Assembly: GCF_001194135.2 (NCBI RefSeq)
Contig: NC_068982.1
Coordinates: 30,226,966 to 30,290,965, forward strand
Source of the DNA: Octopus bimaculoides
Lineage: Eukaryota
Direction: 5' to 3'
Length of the DNA: 64,000 bases
In this document: in pieces, positions 53,341 to 64,000 of the stretch
Position numbering within the stretch: the stretch's first letter is position 1
How the letters are laid out: each line of letters starts with the position of its first letter
Notes under the pieces: model-generated
Databases searched by the model: none
Told to the model about the DNA's origin: nothing
What the model saw: only the letters and a program-made list of their open reading frames with translations
Program-made: the position numbers and the translations under genes

Positions 53341-55353
53341 AACAAGCTCATCATCATTGTTACCATCATCATCATCATCATTCCAATGATATAAAAATTT
53401 GCTGAACTGGTACCTATTTTATTGACCCCTGAAAGGATAAGTTCACCTCGGTGGAATTTGAACGTAAAAGCAGACAAAATGCTGCTAAGCATTTTGCCTG
53501 GCATGTTAATGATTCCGCTAACTCACTGCCTTAATAAGATATGAAATATTAAGAATGGGTTATATGCCAATATAATTCCAGTTTATACTGTTATATTTTC
53601 TAATTTTGAAAAGCTGATTGTGTTGCTTCAAGAAGGTATTAAAGTAATTGTTTACTTCAGGTTTATTTGGCAATGGTATTATTTTCTGTCTGTATAAAAT
53701 CATACTTTAGTTATCAGGTATTAGAATTTCATCTGAAATATGAAAACGGAATTAACATCTTTTTTAATATAGAAAATCAAGAAAAATTTTAAAATTCTAT
53801 AGTTGTCAAGTGACTTTTTATTTTTATAAAACTCTAAATACGAAAATATTTCCTGATAACAGTTTCAAGTTCGAAAACATTATTTTAAAGAAGAAATGTC
53901 TGGAATGATATGAAATCAGCCTAAATTTAATTATCTGTTCATATAAATATACAGAATCACTAAAAATGTCATTCAGTATTTCGAACATTGTTGTCATTAC
54001 TGTATTTTCTTTTTTTAGTCATAACTTTTATAGCTTTTGGAATAAACACATTGCTACAAAAAAAAAAAAAAATACATATAAAAGAATGAGGATTATAGTA
54101 TTGCTTGTTCACTCAAACAAGATAAAAATTCAAGGTACCTAAGTAGAATATTTTTGATAGAATAAAATGGTGGAGCTGAGAAAGAAAAAGACCTAAAAAA
54201 CTAATAACAATTTGTATTTGTTACATACAATGTTTCACCTATACTACTCTATTAAAAAAAAAAAATGAACTTTTAATGCAAGATTTGAAGAAAGCCAATA
54301 GCCTCTACAACACAATGCAAAAAGAAAAAAAAAAGATGATGAGTATATTCAAACTTCCAGTTTATCTCTATTGCTTCTACTAAGCAACATCCACTAGAAG
54401 TTTATTCTCCTTGGTTGTATGAGTTCTTACTTGTATTGTCAGGTAGTATTTATTGCCTATCAGCCAATCATGAAAACTATATATTTATAACTAGAAATCT
54501 TCTGGGACTCCAAGGATGAATTTCGACTGCTCAAAACATGTTGGGAACATTTCATCATCATCATTATCATTATCTCCACTTTTCCATGCCTGTATGAATC
54601 AAATGCAGTTTATTTAAGGCAGATTTTCTCCTCCTGTTGGATGCTCTTACTGTCAACAAACCCTCACCTGTTTACAAGCAAGTTTCATTATTTCTCATGG
54701 CCAGACATGTTTTTAGTAAATATTAGATAAGAATGACATTGCTTGTCTGACAGGGATGCTCATTTACAACAATTCCAAGATATGAAGACAAGGAGACACA
54801 ACCATACACACATGTGCACATGCATATTGTTTGTTTTTATGTTGAATTGTAATAGAAATATTTTTACATTAAACTGAAGGATTATTCACTACATTTTGGA
54901 GAATTCATATTTACTGTTCTCTTACAAGAATAGTGTTGGAATGGACTTCAAAGTTTTGGCCTGCTTAACATGCATGAGACTCTGTGTGTGTGTGACAGGC
55001 TTCTTTCAGTTTCTATTCACTAAATCCATTCACAAGGCTTTATGCAGCCTTGAGCTATAGTACAATACATTTGCTCAAGCTGCCATGCAGTGGGACTGAA
55101 CCTGAAAACATGTGACTTGGAAGGAAATAAACTTCTTAACTAATGCCTGTGCCATTTGTTTTAAGGTTACAGTTTTGCAAATTCAAATGTGTCTAATTTA
55201 AAGCAAACTTCTGTATTAGTCTGAAAGGTGAAACTGTTTTCCTCTAAACCTTTTTGATACCAACCTGCCCAAGACTGCCTCAGAGTTTATTCTAAGTTCT
55301 AAAATTCATGTTTCAAACACCAACTGAGCCAGAACAAAGTTATTCTATTATAA

Positions 55354-55758
55354 CTGTGTGATAAGAAGCGTGCTTCACAACTACATGGTTCCAGGTTCAG
55401 TCTCACTGTGAAGCACCTTGAGCAAATGTCTTCTACTGTAACCTCAGGTCGACCAAAGCCTAGTGAGTGCTGGACAGAAACTAAAAGAAACCTGTCATAT
55501 ATGTGTGTGTGTGTGTGTGTGTGTACTTGTGTATGTGTGGGTTTGTCCCCCCCCCCCATCTCTGCTTGACAACTGGTGTTGGTATGTTTACATCCCCACA
55601 AGTTAGCAGTTCAGCTAAAGAGACTGGTAGAATAAATATTAGGCCTAAGAAAAAAACAAAACAAAGTACTGGGGTCAATTTATTCAGCTGCAAATTCTTC
55701 AAGGTGGTGCCTGAGTATGGCCACATTTTAATGACTGAAACCAGCAAAAGATAAAAAG
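55354..55758 (+). mobile_element. SINE family A inserted inside a family-B MITE
   Basis: CTGTGTGATAAGAAGCG..CCAGGTTCAGTC head and AAAAGATAAAAAGA tail. Confidence 0.8.
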
Positions 55759-55773
55759 ATTATTTCCAATATT

Positions 55774-56007
55774 TTTTTCTTTATTGCCTACATGGGGGCT
55801 AAACATAGAGGGGACAAATAAGGAAAGACAAAGGGATTAAGTCAATTACATAGACCCCAGTGCATAACTTGTACTTATTTAATAAATCCGGAAAGGATGA
55901 AAGGCAAAGTCGACCTTGGCGGAATTTGAACTCAGAACGTAATGGCAGATGAAATACCGCTAAGTATTTTGCCCAGCATGCTAACGATTTTGCCAGCTTG
56001 CCACCCT
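55774..56007 (-). mobile_element. SINE family B with 15-bp TSD
   Basis: TSD ATTATTTCCAATATT at 55759-55773 and 56008-56022. Confidence 0.85.
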
Positions 56008-56179
56008 ATTATTTCCAATATTAATTGAAACAAAATCAGTGTATTTTAAAAGAAATATGGTAGCAGATGGGTTAATATGTATTTTTAGATCTTCTAACAA
56101 CAATTAGTTGCTAATATGAAGATATGAATGTACTTTATGTGTGTGCTCAACAGATAGCTCAAAATTATACCTAAGTCTC

Positions 56180-56387
56180 TTAATCCCTCAGCATTTAAAT
56201 TGGCCATATCCAGCCTAAAATATTCTACCTGTTTTACATGTAAACTGACTAGATCCAGCTCTTACATCTACTCCACAAGTCATTTTTAAAATTAACAAGC
56301 ACTTCACTGGAATGCTTGTTTAATTCAAGACAATGTGAATCAATAAGGATTACACTTGACAAAGTGATCCAAATACTAAAGAGTTAA
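56180..56387 (-). mobile_element. piggyBac-like MITE, family A
   Basis: TTAATCCCTCAGCATTTAAA ... AATACTAAAGAGTTAA. Confidence 0.7.
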
Positions 56388-56808
56388 GGAAAGAATGCTT
56401 TGCTGCAATATAATTCCTGATGTAGAAAGTCTGGAGGTGGTGGTCATTAGTGGAACATCTTAGATCAGAGGTCTGCTAAATTAGGACTGACCTGGAGTTA
56501 AATAACAACTGTATTGTGTCTGCTTGTGTGTTTCTGTAGGTGGGGTGAGGTAGGGCAACCAGCTGTAGAAACCATGCCAAAGCTAACACTGAAGCTCAGC
56601 GTGGCCCCTTTGACTTGCTATATACTGTCAAACCATTCAACCCATGCCAGAATGGAAAAGTTAGATGATGGTGATGAGGATGAGGAGATGTTTATATGTA
56701 CATGTATGCATATATGTGTGTGTGTGCATATATATGCATGTGTGTGTTTGTTTTATATATATATATATATATATAATGTATAAGAGGGACAGGTGTGTGC
56801 TTGTGTTT

Positions 56809-56904
<96 letters not shown>

Positions 56905-57619
56905 GTCCCTGTTGGTGTCCCCTCTGTATTTTGTTATTATCTTCTGAACTGATTTGTGTCTGATGTGTGGAGACAGTCCTCAAAGCTATAATTAATGGCT
57001 ACTATAATGAATACTTGATGATTTAAAGTTCAAAATGTCTCGCTCTTAACACCTGCCAGGGTCTGACAACCTCTAATGATACAGTATGTGGAAATCTCTT
57101 GCATTCATTGTAACCAAGTTGTATGGAGGAGGTGGGGGTAGAAAAAAGAGAAAAAAAAAAAGCTGAGGTTTTTTTCCCCCTCCCCGGTGAGGAACCATTT
57201 CTCAGTCTTAAACAGATTCTAACACTTACAAATTGAAAATCCTCCACACAATGCTGTTTTACTTTTACACAAATCATTCACATATCTGCATACATATTTC
57301 ATTGCGTCAGTACAAAAGTCATTTGTCAGCTCACTGACACAAACATAAGAATGCACGTGTGTGCATGCGCATACTCACACACACACACACATTTACAGTC
57401 ATTTCTCTCTTTCGGTTCAATCCATTTCTCTGTCTCTCTCAGTAATTTTCCTTATATTTTTATAAATACTTTATCTCATCCGTTCTCTCTTCCATGATAC
57501 TCCTCTTATATTACTACATCCTCATCATTACTGCCACCACCACCACCACCACTATTATATTTCCATATTTTGTCAACATTCATCATTGCGTCTGTTAAGA
57601 GTTAAACACTTGTCATACT

Positions 57620-57650
57620 AACTCCGCCCAGCCAATGACTCCCACCCCCA
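57620..57650. promoter_or_regulatory. Clustered GC-box / CCAAT-box / CACCC-box
   Basis: CTCCGCCCAGCCAATGACTCCCACCCCC: CCGCCC 57624-57629, CCAAT 57632-57636, CCCACCCC 57641-57648. Confidence 0.3.
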
Positions 57651-58409
57651 CTATCAGGCTAGCAACAGTCCCTTTTGAAATCTAGAGAGGATCACTCTCT
57701 CTCACCTTGTGATCTCATAGGTTAGTGTGAGAAAATCACTGGGGAGGAGCTAGTGTGAAAAATGATCAAGCTTATACTTACTTTGAAAGTTAGCCTTTTC
57801 AGCCTCAAGCTGCTTAAACCAATCTCTGTTTATTTAAAAATTTTTTTTTTTTAGAATCTAAATTCAGAGCATGAGTCTTAAAAGATAATATTTGATTTCA
57901 GTAGGTAAAAACCATTTATGTTTTATCATTACTTGAGTGAAAAATTTGGTGAGTTGGTTGGTACGCTAGACAAAAAAACTTAGCAGCGTTTTGTATGTCC
58001 TTGTGTTTTGATTTCAAATATCACCGTGGTCAAATTTGCCTCTTGTTCTTTTTGAGATTGAAGAATGACATACCAGTTAAGCATTGGGGTTGATGTTATT
58101 GATTGGCACCTTTCCCCAAAATTCCTGGCCTTGTGCAAATAGAAGAAAGGATTATTACTAAATTGAAAAAGAAAGCAGTGAACTGGTAGAATTGTGAGTT
58201 GGATAAAATGCTTAGTGAAATTTCTTCAGGTTCTTTATGATCTATGTTCAGATCCTGCCCAAGCTGACTTTGCCTTTCATCCTTCTGGGGTCTATAAAAT
58301 AAGTACCATTTGAACACTGGAGTTAGTTTAATGAAAACACCCCTTCTCTTAAAAAATTTCTGACTTTTTTGCCAAAATTTTAAGCAATTATTACTAACTT
58401 GGAAATGGT

Positions 58410-58570
58410 CGTCATCATCAACATCATCGTTTAACGGCCGCTTTCCATACTAGCATGGGTTGGACGATTTGACTGACGACTGGTGAAACCGGATGGCAAC
58501 ACCAGACTCCAATCTGATTTGGCAGAGTTTCTACAGCTGGATGCCCTTCCTAACGCCAACCACTCAGAGA
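58410..58570 (-). mobile_element. RTE-type 3' tail
   Basis: CATCATCGTTTAACGGCCGCTTTCCATACTAGCATGGGTTGGACG...CTGGATGCCCTTCCTAACGCCAACCAC. Confidence 0.8.
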
Positions 58571-59595
58571 GTTGGCAAAATTGTTAATGTATCAGAGAAA
58601 ATGCTTAGTGTCATTTCTTCTGGCGCTTTACATTCTGAGTTCAAATACCATCTCCGTCAAATTTGCCTTTCAGCTTTTGAGTTTGATAAAATAAAGTACC
58701 AGTCACATACTGCAGTCAATGTAGTCACTCTACTCCTACAATTGCTTGCCTTGTTCTAAAGTTAGGAAGCATTGTTACTGAATTGAAATTTAGTTAATTC
58801 ACCAAATCTCTAATAATTCTTAATTACTTTGAAAATTAAAACACATGAGGCAGAATGTATTCTTGTTAGAAATACCATTTCAAGAGGATTTAACCAGTGA
58901 TGGAAACTATTATATTTCTTTATTCGTAATATGTTCTTTCATTTTGTCATATTCACATAACAAAATATAAAAATTTTGTCAACCAACCATCTACTCCATC
59001 TCTCTCTCTCATATATTTTCACTGAACAATGGATGGCAGTGTGTTTAACTTAATGGAAAACTGTTACTATCGTCTCGATTGAGAAGAAAGCACATTGTTC
59101 CTGATATTTCTATTCTTGTGGTCACATGTCTTATTATTGTGCATTAATGTAGTTTGTTTGTTTGTTTGTGTGTGTGTGTTTGTGTTTTAATGTTTTCATC
59201 AGACGAAATGTTGGCATAGTGTTAAATAATTATTCTTAAATGCTTCCCACTGTTCATTCCATTTCACTTTACTGTTTTAACAACTGTGACAAATGGAAAG
59301 TATAAGTTTTTAGGAGGAATTCATTGTGAAACTTTCATGAAACTAACAAAGTATATGTAGTCACCATCACAAAAGAATAAAAAGATAAACAAAAAAGAAA
59401 TCCAGAAATTATGATGATCCAAATTTTTCGCTTTTTATTTCTCCTTTTTATTTTCTCTCATCTTTCCATTAGTTTTTCTTTCCTTCTTTTCTTTGTTCTT
59501 TTCACTGTTCTGCCAAATTCTGTGTAGAAATTTGAATTGATAAGTTGTTGTGCGTGTTCACAGATAATGACATCTACTTCCTTTAATCTCTATAG

Positions 59596-59774
59596 GTTAT
59601 GGATGAAGCTGATCGTCTCCTGGAAGATAACTTTGGTGAGCAACTGGAAACCATCTTCAATGTACTACCAGAAAAACGGCAGACACTATTGTTCAGTGCT
59701 ACATTCACTGAGTCATTAGCTGGAGTTATTGAACTATCCAAGAAAAAACCATTTGTCTGGCATTCAAAATCAAG
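59596..59774 (+). CDS. DDX49: Internal coding exon of a DEAD-box ATP-dependent RNA helicase, most like DDX49/Dbp8 (motifs II and III)
   Basis: Pyrimidine tract plus TATAG acceptor at 59594-59595 and GTAAGA donor at 59775. The 179 nt (phase 0 to phase 2) translate to VMDEADRLLEDNFGEQLETIFNVLPEKRQTLLFSATFTESLAGVIELSKKKPFVWHSKS. It has DEAD and LLFSAT motifs. The exon start at VMDEAD and the PF-W end match my recollection of DDX49. Orthology is by recognition, not by search. Confidence 0.88.
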
Positions 59775-60046
59775 GTAAGAAGACAAAGATCAAATGTTTT
59801 CGGATACAATTTTTGTTTTATTTTAGTAATGTTTATTTACAGGCCTATTATCACAAAATTTCTAATGCTTTCTTAATAACACCAATAGTCAATCATATTT
59901 TTACTCTGTTACTATCTCTCATATTTGAAAATTTGGGTGGTTGTAGCAGTATTCTTTATCAAAGACTTCCAGCTTGGCTTACCTTCCATAATAAACAATG
60001 AAAATAGTCTTTGTAGTCTTGCTAACTCTTCATACATACATATATG

Positions 60047-60089
<43 letters not shown>

Positions 60090-60236
60090 GAAGCTATATC
60101 CTTTAATTGGCAGCTTTTCTTTACACAAACTGAGAATATACATTACAGAACTGTTATTTTAGCAAGTGACATATTTATCATCTGAAAGAGACACATCTGC
60201 GCTGTCGAATGCTCATGAACCAATTGTTAAGTATCC

Positions 60237-60281
60237 CACCCATGAGGGATCGATACTAGATAGGTCGAAACAATTGTAGTG
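60237..60281 (+). ncRNA. Decayed type-I hammerhead motif in a Penelope-like terminal repeat
   Basis: CAC-ccAUGA-gg-GAUC(11 nt)GGUC-GAAA-CAAUUG-UA-GUG; palindrome ACAATTGT and GUA site. The CUGA is damaged. Confidence 0.5.
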
Positions 60282-61769
60282 ATTAATGAAAATTCTCATA
60301 TTTTCCATCAACCAAATAAATAACGGATGCTGTGGAAGCGATCATGCTTTACCAGTAAGGTACCAGGTGTAAGCCATTAATTTTATGATCTAATAATATA
60401 TATATATATAGATATATATATATTATCAGCTGGTTACAGAATGTACTGGGTGCTTTTTACATGGCACCAGCTGGCACCAGTGTTATTACTTGACACTAGT
60501 ACGAGTGCTTCATACATGCCATTGGCATCGGTGTTCTCTATGCGGCACTGGCTTGGGTGCTTTCATGTGGCACTGGCAAGGTTGCTTTTTCTGTGATACC
60601 TTTTGGGAAATCTTACCTGTATTGTACTTTCTCTTTGCCCTTAGTGATGTAGTTTTAGTGAAGTATTTTTTGGTGCCTCAGATTGGCCTGAGGCACTTTT
60701 CTATTTACTACTGTGTCATTTGCTCTATTTTCTGACTACTCAATTCTTTGCATTTGTAAATGATGGTTTTGTGAGTGCTTTCTTGCTGGTTGTACTCTAG
60801 AATATTCAAGAATATGTTTTGGCCTTTTTCCTTGAAGTGATTTTTCATATCTCTTATATCCTGGGTGGATAAAATAAATTTCTTCCTCTTCCAATACTGC
60901 ATTAGCAAAACCTCAAATACTCAGCTTGTTAATCAGTGTTTTGGTATTAGGTTGGCATCAATGATGATGGTGGAGATAGTCCTTCTGTTTGTTACATTAG
61001 CAAATGCATTGAAGCAGCAGTTTAACCCCTTCGTTGCCTATCTGCTTGTAATGAACCGAAAATAAAATGAGTTTATATTACCAAACTGCCCGAAACTGCT
61101 GAAATAACCTATTCATATTTTGAGAATTTTACTAAAAATCTTGTTAGTACATTCATGAAAACACATGGTTTCTCTATGTAAACTATTTGCCATCATTGTC
61201 TATATCTGTGCGCTGCAAATATTTGGAGATTCTTTTTTCTTTCTGTTTTTTTTTTTCCACTTCAATTTTCTGAGATGTATGCATGAAAATATAAAAACCA
61301 CATATTGAATCATATATTTCTTTTTCCAAAACTGAAATGATTCTGACAACAGTTCTGATAGTGATAGGGGGAAGAAGGAACTTGTACTTGAATGTGGTAA
61401 GAATTTTAAACTGTTTTACTTAGTCATTTTTAAGGAGATATTAGACATTTATAGTCTGTTAGATTATTTTCCCCTACTTTCTCCTCTGAATCAATTTTTG
61501 TGGAAATGAATTGTTATACAGAATATAAGCGAAGTGGATAAAAATATTTTGAGGCTTCCCACATACTTGGAAGAAAGTTAGAAATATCCCAGCACTTTTA
61601 GGAACGCCATGCATACGTGTGTGTACATATATTTGATTTATAGATATTTTTTCAAATGTACCCCATTTTTACTTTTTAGTTACATGTAATTTTAATTCAC
61701 CTGTAAAATGTATAACAAAGTTTGGTTCATTTGGATTGTGACTCATTATTATATATGTTTCTCTGTATC

Positions 61770-61960
61770 TATGTCATCATCATCATCATCAACATCATCA
61801 TTTAATGTCTGTTTTCCATGCTGGCATGGGTTGGACAGTCTCACAGAAGCTGGCTTGGTGGAAGACTGCAGCATACTTTGCTGTCTGTTTTGGCATGGTT
61901 TTTATGACTGGATGCCCTTACTAACACCAACCACTCAGCAGAGTGGACTCTATACTGTGT
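61770..61960 (-). mobile_element. RTE-type 3' tail
   Basis: (CAT)n TTTAATGTCTGTTTTCCATGCTGGCATGGGTTGGACAG...GGATGCCCTTACTAACACCAACCAC. Confidence 0.8.
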
Positions 61961-62032
61961 ACATGTGAATTTATTTCTTTTAGTTGACGGAGTGTTATTC
62001 ATTGCATAGTTCTCTTCAACTACAAAGCCCAG

Positions 62033-62122
62033 TATTTTGTTCTGTTTTACCTTTATGGTATACCTATTTTGTTTTACCTTTATGGTACACCTATTTTGTT
62101 CTGTTTTACCTCCATGGTTTAC
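62033..62122. repeat. Three-copy ~27-32-bp tandem repeat
   Basis: TATTTTGTT(CTGTT)TTACCTTTATGGTA.ACC repeated three times. Confidence 0.85.
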
Positions 62123-63610
62123 CTGCATTATGTGCATTAAGTTCAGCTGATAAATAATCTGGTAATTTGCACAATTCTGTATAAAAAAATTTTGTTGCTT
62201 ATTCGTTGAGTATTAACTAATAACTCATTTTCTATGCTGATGTTTGAACAAAATTTAAATAATTTTATCTTTTGTTAAATTTATCTGTATTTACCTGTAA
62301 GATTTTACCTATTAGATTCACTTTCAGAAAGAAATTGTATAACAAATTCAGTTAAGAACCTTTTGTTAAATTGTGTTCCAAAAATCAAATTTATATGTTG
62401 ACAGATAAAAAAAATTGGAGTTATTTTATTAGACCAGTCTAAATTCACAATTATTTTAGATTTTAATTGAGACACAAAAGGGGCAACTTTTGACTAGAAA
62501 TATAGTCACAAAAGTTTGATATTGTTTTGTCTCTCTGTTCTCATTTTTGTTGCTGTTGTCATTTCCAATTTTGTTGTTTTGGTATTGGTTGGCACTGGTT
62601 GCAATGGTAGTAATGATAATGTTTGATTTAGCATGGAAAAGGTATATCTTTTTCAATCAGTGTTCACACCCCTCTATTTTTCCAAGAAATAAGCATTTTT
62701 CTCAGAAATATTCATAAATGCTGCCTTGAAGGGTGAAAATACAAACACAGCTGAAGAGCCCTACAGAATGCCAGCAACTGTTAGAGGCGGGTACCTTCAA
62801 CCTCAGTACTTGACTGGTGTTATATTTCATCAACCCCTACATAGACAAAAGCTAAGTTGACCTTGGTAAGATTTGACCCCTGAGCATAAATTGCAGAATA
62901 AATATAACAAAGAACACTTTTCTGACACTAATGATTCTGTCAAAATAATTAATAATTTATGATGATGATGATGGCAATAGTAATGACGATCATAATGTTG
63001 ATGATGACAACAATGATCATAAGAATAATGATGACTATAATAATGATGATGATGATGATGATGTGTTTATCTTATTTTGAAAGAAGCTTTGCGCTTAGGG
63101 GTGTATGTGTTTTTAAACACATGATTTGCTCTTTTTTTATGCTTTCAGCGTGACTTCCTATCTTATATGAGGTGAATGGAAGTTTAGCAGTCTATTTCCT
63201 TTTTATTTTCACTTATTATCGAACAGAACAACAACTACAATGAAATATAAAAATTAAACTCTTTTCTAATCAAATCCTTAATCTGAACAGAATATGTTGC
63301 AAGACTCTTTCAAATAATGCCATCAAAGATGAAATTGAAATGCTTGGAAAAAAAAAAAAAATTAAATAAAAAGATAGGTCGTATAAAATTACGTACTGCC
63401 TTTATTTATTTTTTCCTTGTGTTGAAAATAAAGCAAATGCTTGTTTTGAATGGTAAAATATATCGAAATGAAAACTCTATTTAGCAGTATCATTCACTGT
63501 ATGTATGGCTGCCCCCAACCATCCCTAAACATACACCCAAAACATAGGAGAACAATCATGAATTTATTTCGAGAGATTTTGAGAATCATAATGATGCTAC
63601 TCTAATTTCT

Positions 63611-63643
<33 letters not shown>

Positions 63644-63782
63644 GCATTTGCCTGCTCTGTGTTCACGGCATTCTCAGTCTTTCTAAGACTGGTAAGTCAT
63701 GGTTGGCATCCCTTTTAACCCTTATGGCCCCTACTCTTACTTATGAAACTGTCCCTTCTTCTATGATTCAAACATTCTTTTT

Positions 63783-64000
63783 ACCCCTTCACCATTATTC
63801 TGTTGAATGTGTTTCTCATTTATTCACATTGTTTTGAATTTGTCACACATTACTTTGTACCTCTGTGATTGCAATGATATGATTGTTTATTTTTAGAATG
63901 ATATTGTAGGATATGTGAGAGATGCCAAATCTGGCCTGTTTGAACATAAAACAGGTAGAATATTTCGGCCAAATATGGCCAGTTTAAATACCAAAAAGGT
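63783..64000 (+). mobile_element. piggyBac-like MITE, family A (runs to the window edge)
   Basis: TTATTCACATTGTTTTGAATT...TTTGAACATAAAACAGGTAGAATATTT...ATATGGCCAGTTTAAAT. Confidence 0.8.

Noticed and set aside
54508-54546. CAAGGA...AAAACATGTT-GGG hammerhead-like relic
   Set aside because: Both core boxes are mutated and stem I is only 3 bp.
61353-61396. Open 44-nt AG...GTAAGA segment after the helicase exon (also 63149-63171)
   Set aside because: The peptide is unrelated to the expected next DDX49 exon, and the acceptor is weak or an in-frame stop follows.
1-64000. tRNA-like heads of SINEs as tRNA genes; CRISPR arrays or prokaryotic operons
   Set aside because: The heads are decayed SINE A/B boxes without full cloverleafs. 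There are no regularly spaced repeat-spacer arrays, and the sequence is eukaryotic.

Overview
AT-rich, gapped eukaryotic (cephalopod-like, probably Octopus; inferred from the SINE/MITE families) genomic window, almost all intronic or intergenic repeat. The only confidently identified coding piece is one internal exon of a DEAD-box RNA helicase, most like DDX49/Dbp8 (59596-59774, + strand, motifs DEAD and SAT). I found no other exon of this gene, so most of the window may be one very large intron, or exons may be hidden in N gaps. The rest is tRNA-headed SINEs, RTE-LINE fragments and tails, a decayed mariner transposase, hAT-, Tc1/mariner- and piggyBac-like MITEs, microsatellites and a 33-bp minisatellite. 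The most notable unannotated signal is a set of seven type-I hammerhead-ribozyme-like motifs from about six sequence families (7020+, 7288-, 30283-, 37391-, 38714+, 43833+, 60237+), plus one weaker candidate at 2958 (-). Most have the short palindromic stem III typical of dimer-acting Penelope-like element (PLE)/retrozyme hammerheads. One carries a possible compensatory U3-A8 core. A 120-bp-arm foldback and a perfect 24-bp hairpin lie next to one of them. All structures were folded by eye; no searches were run.
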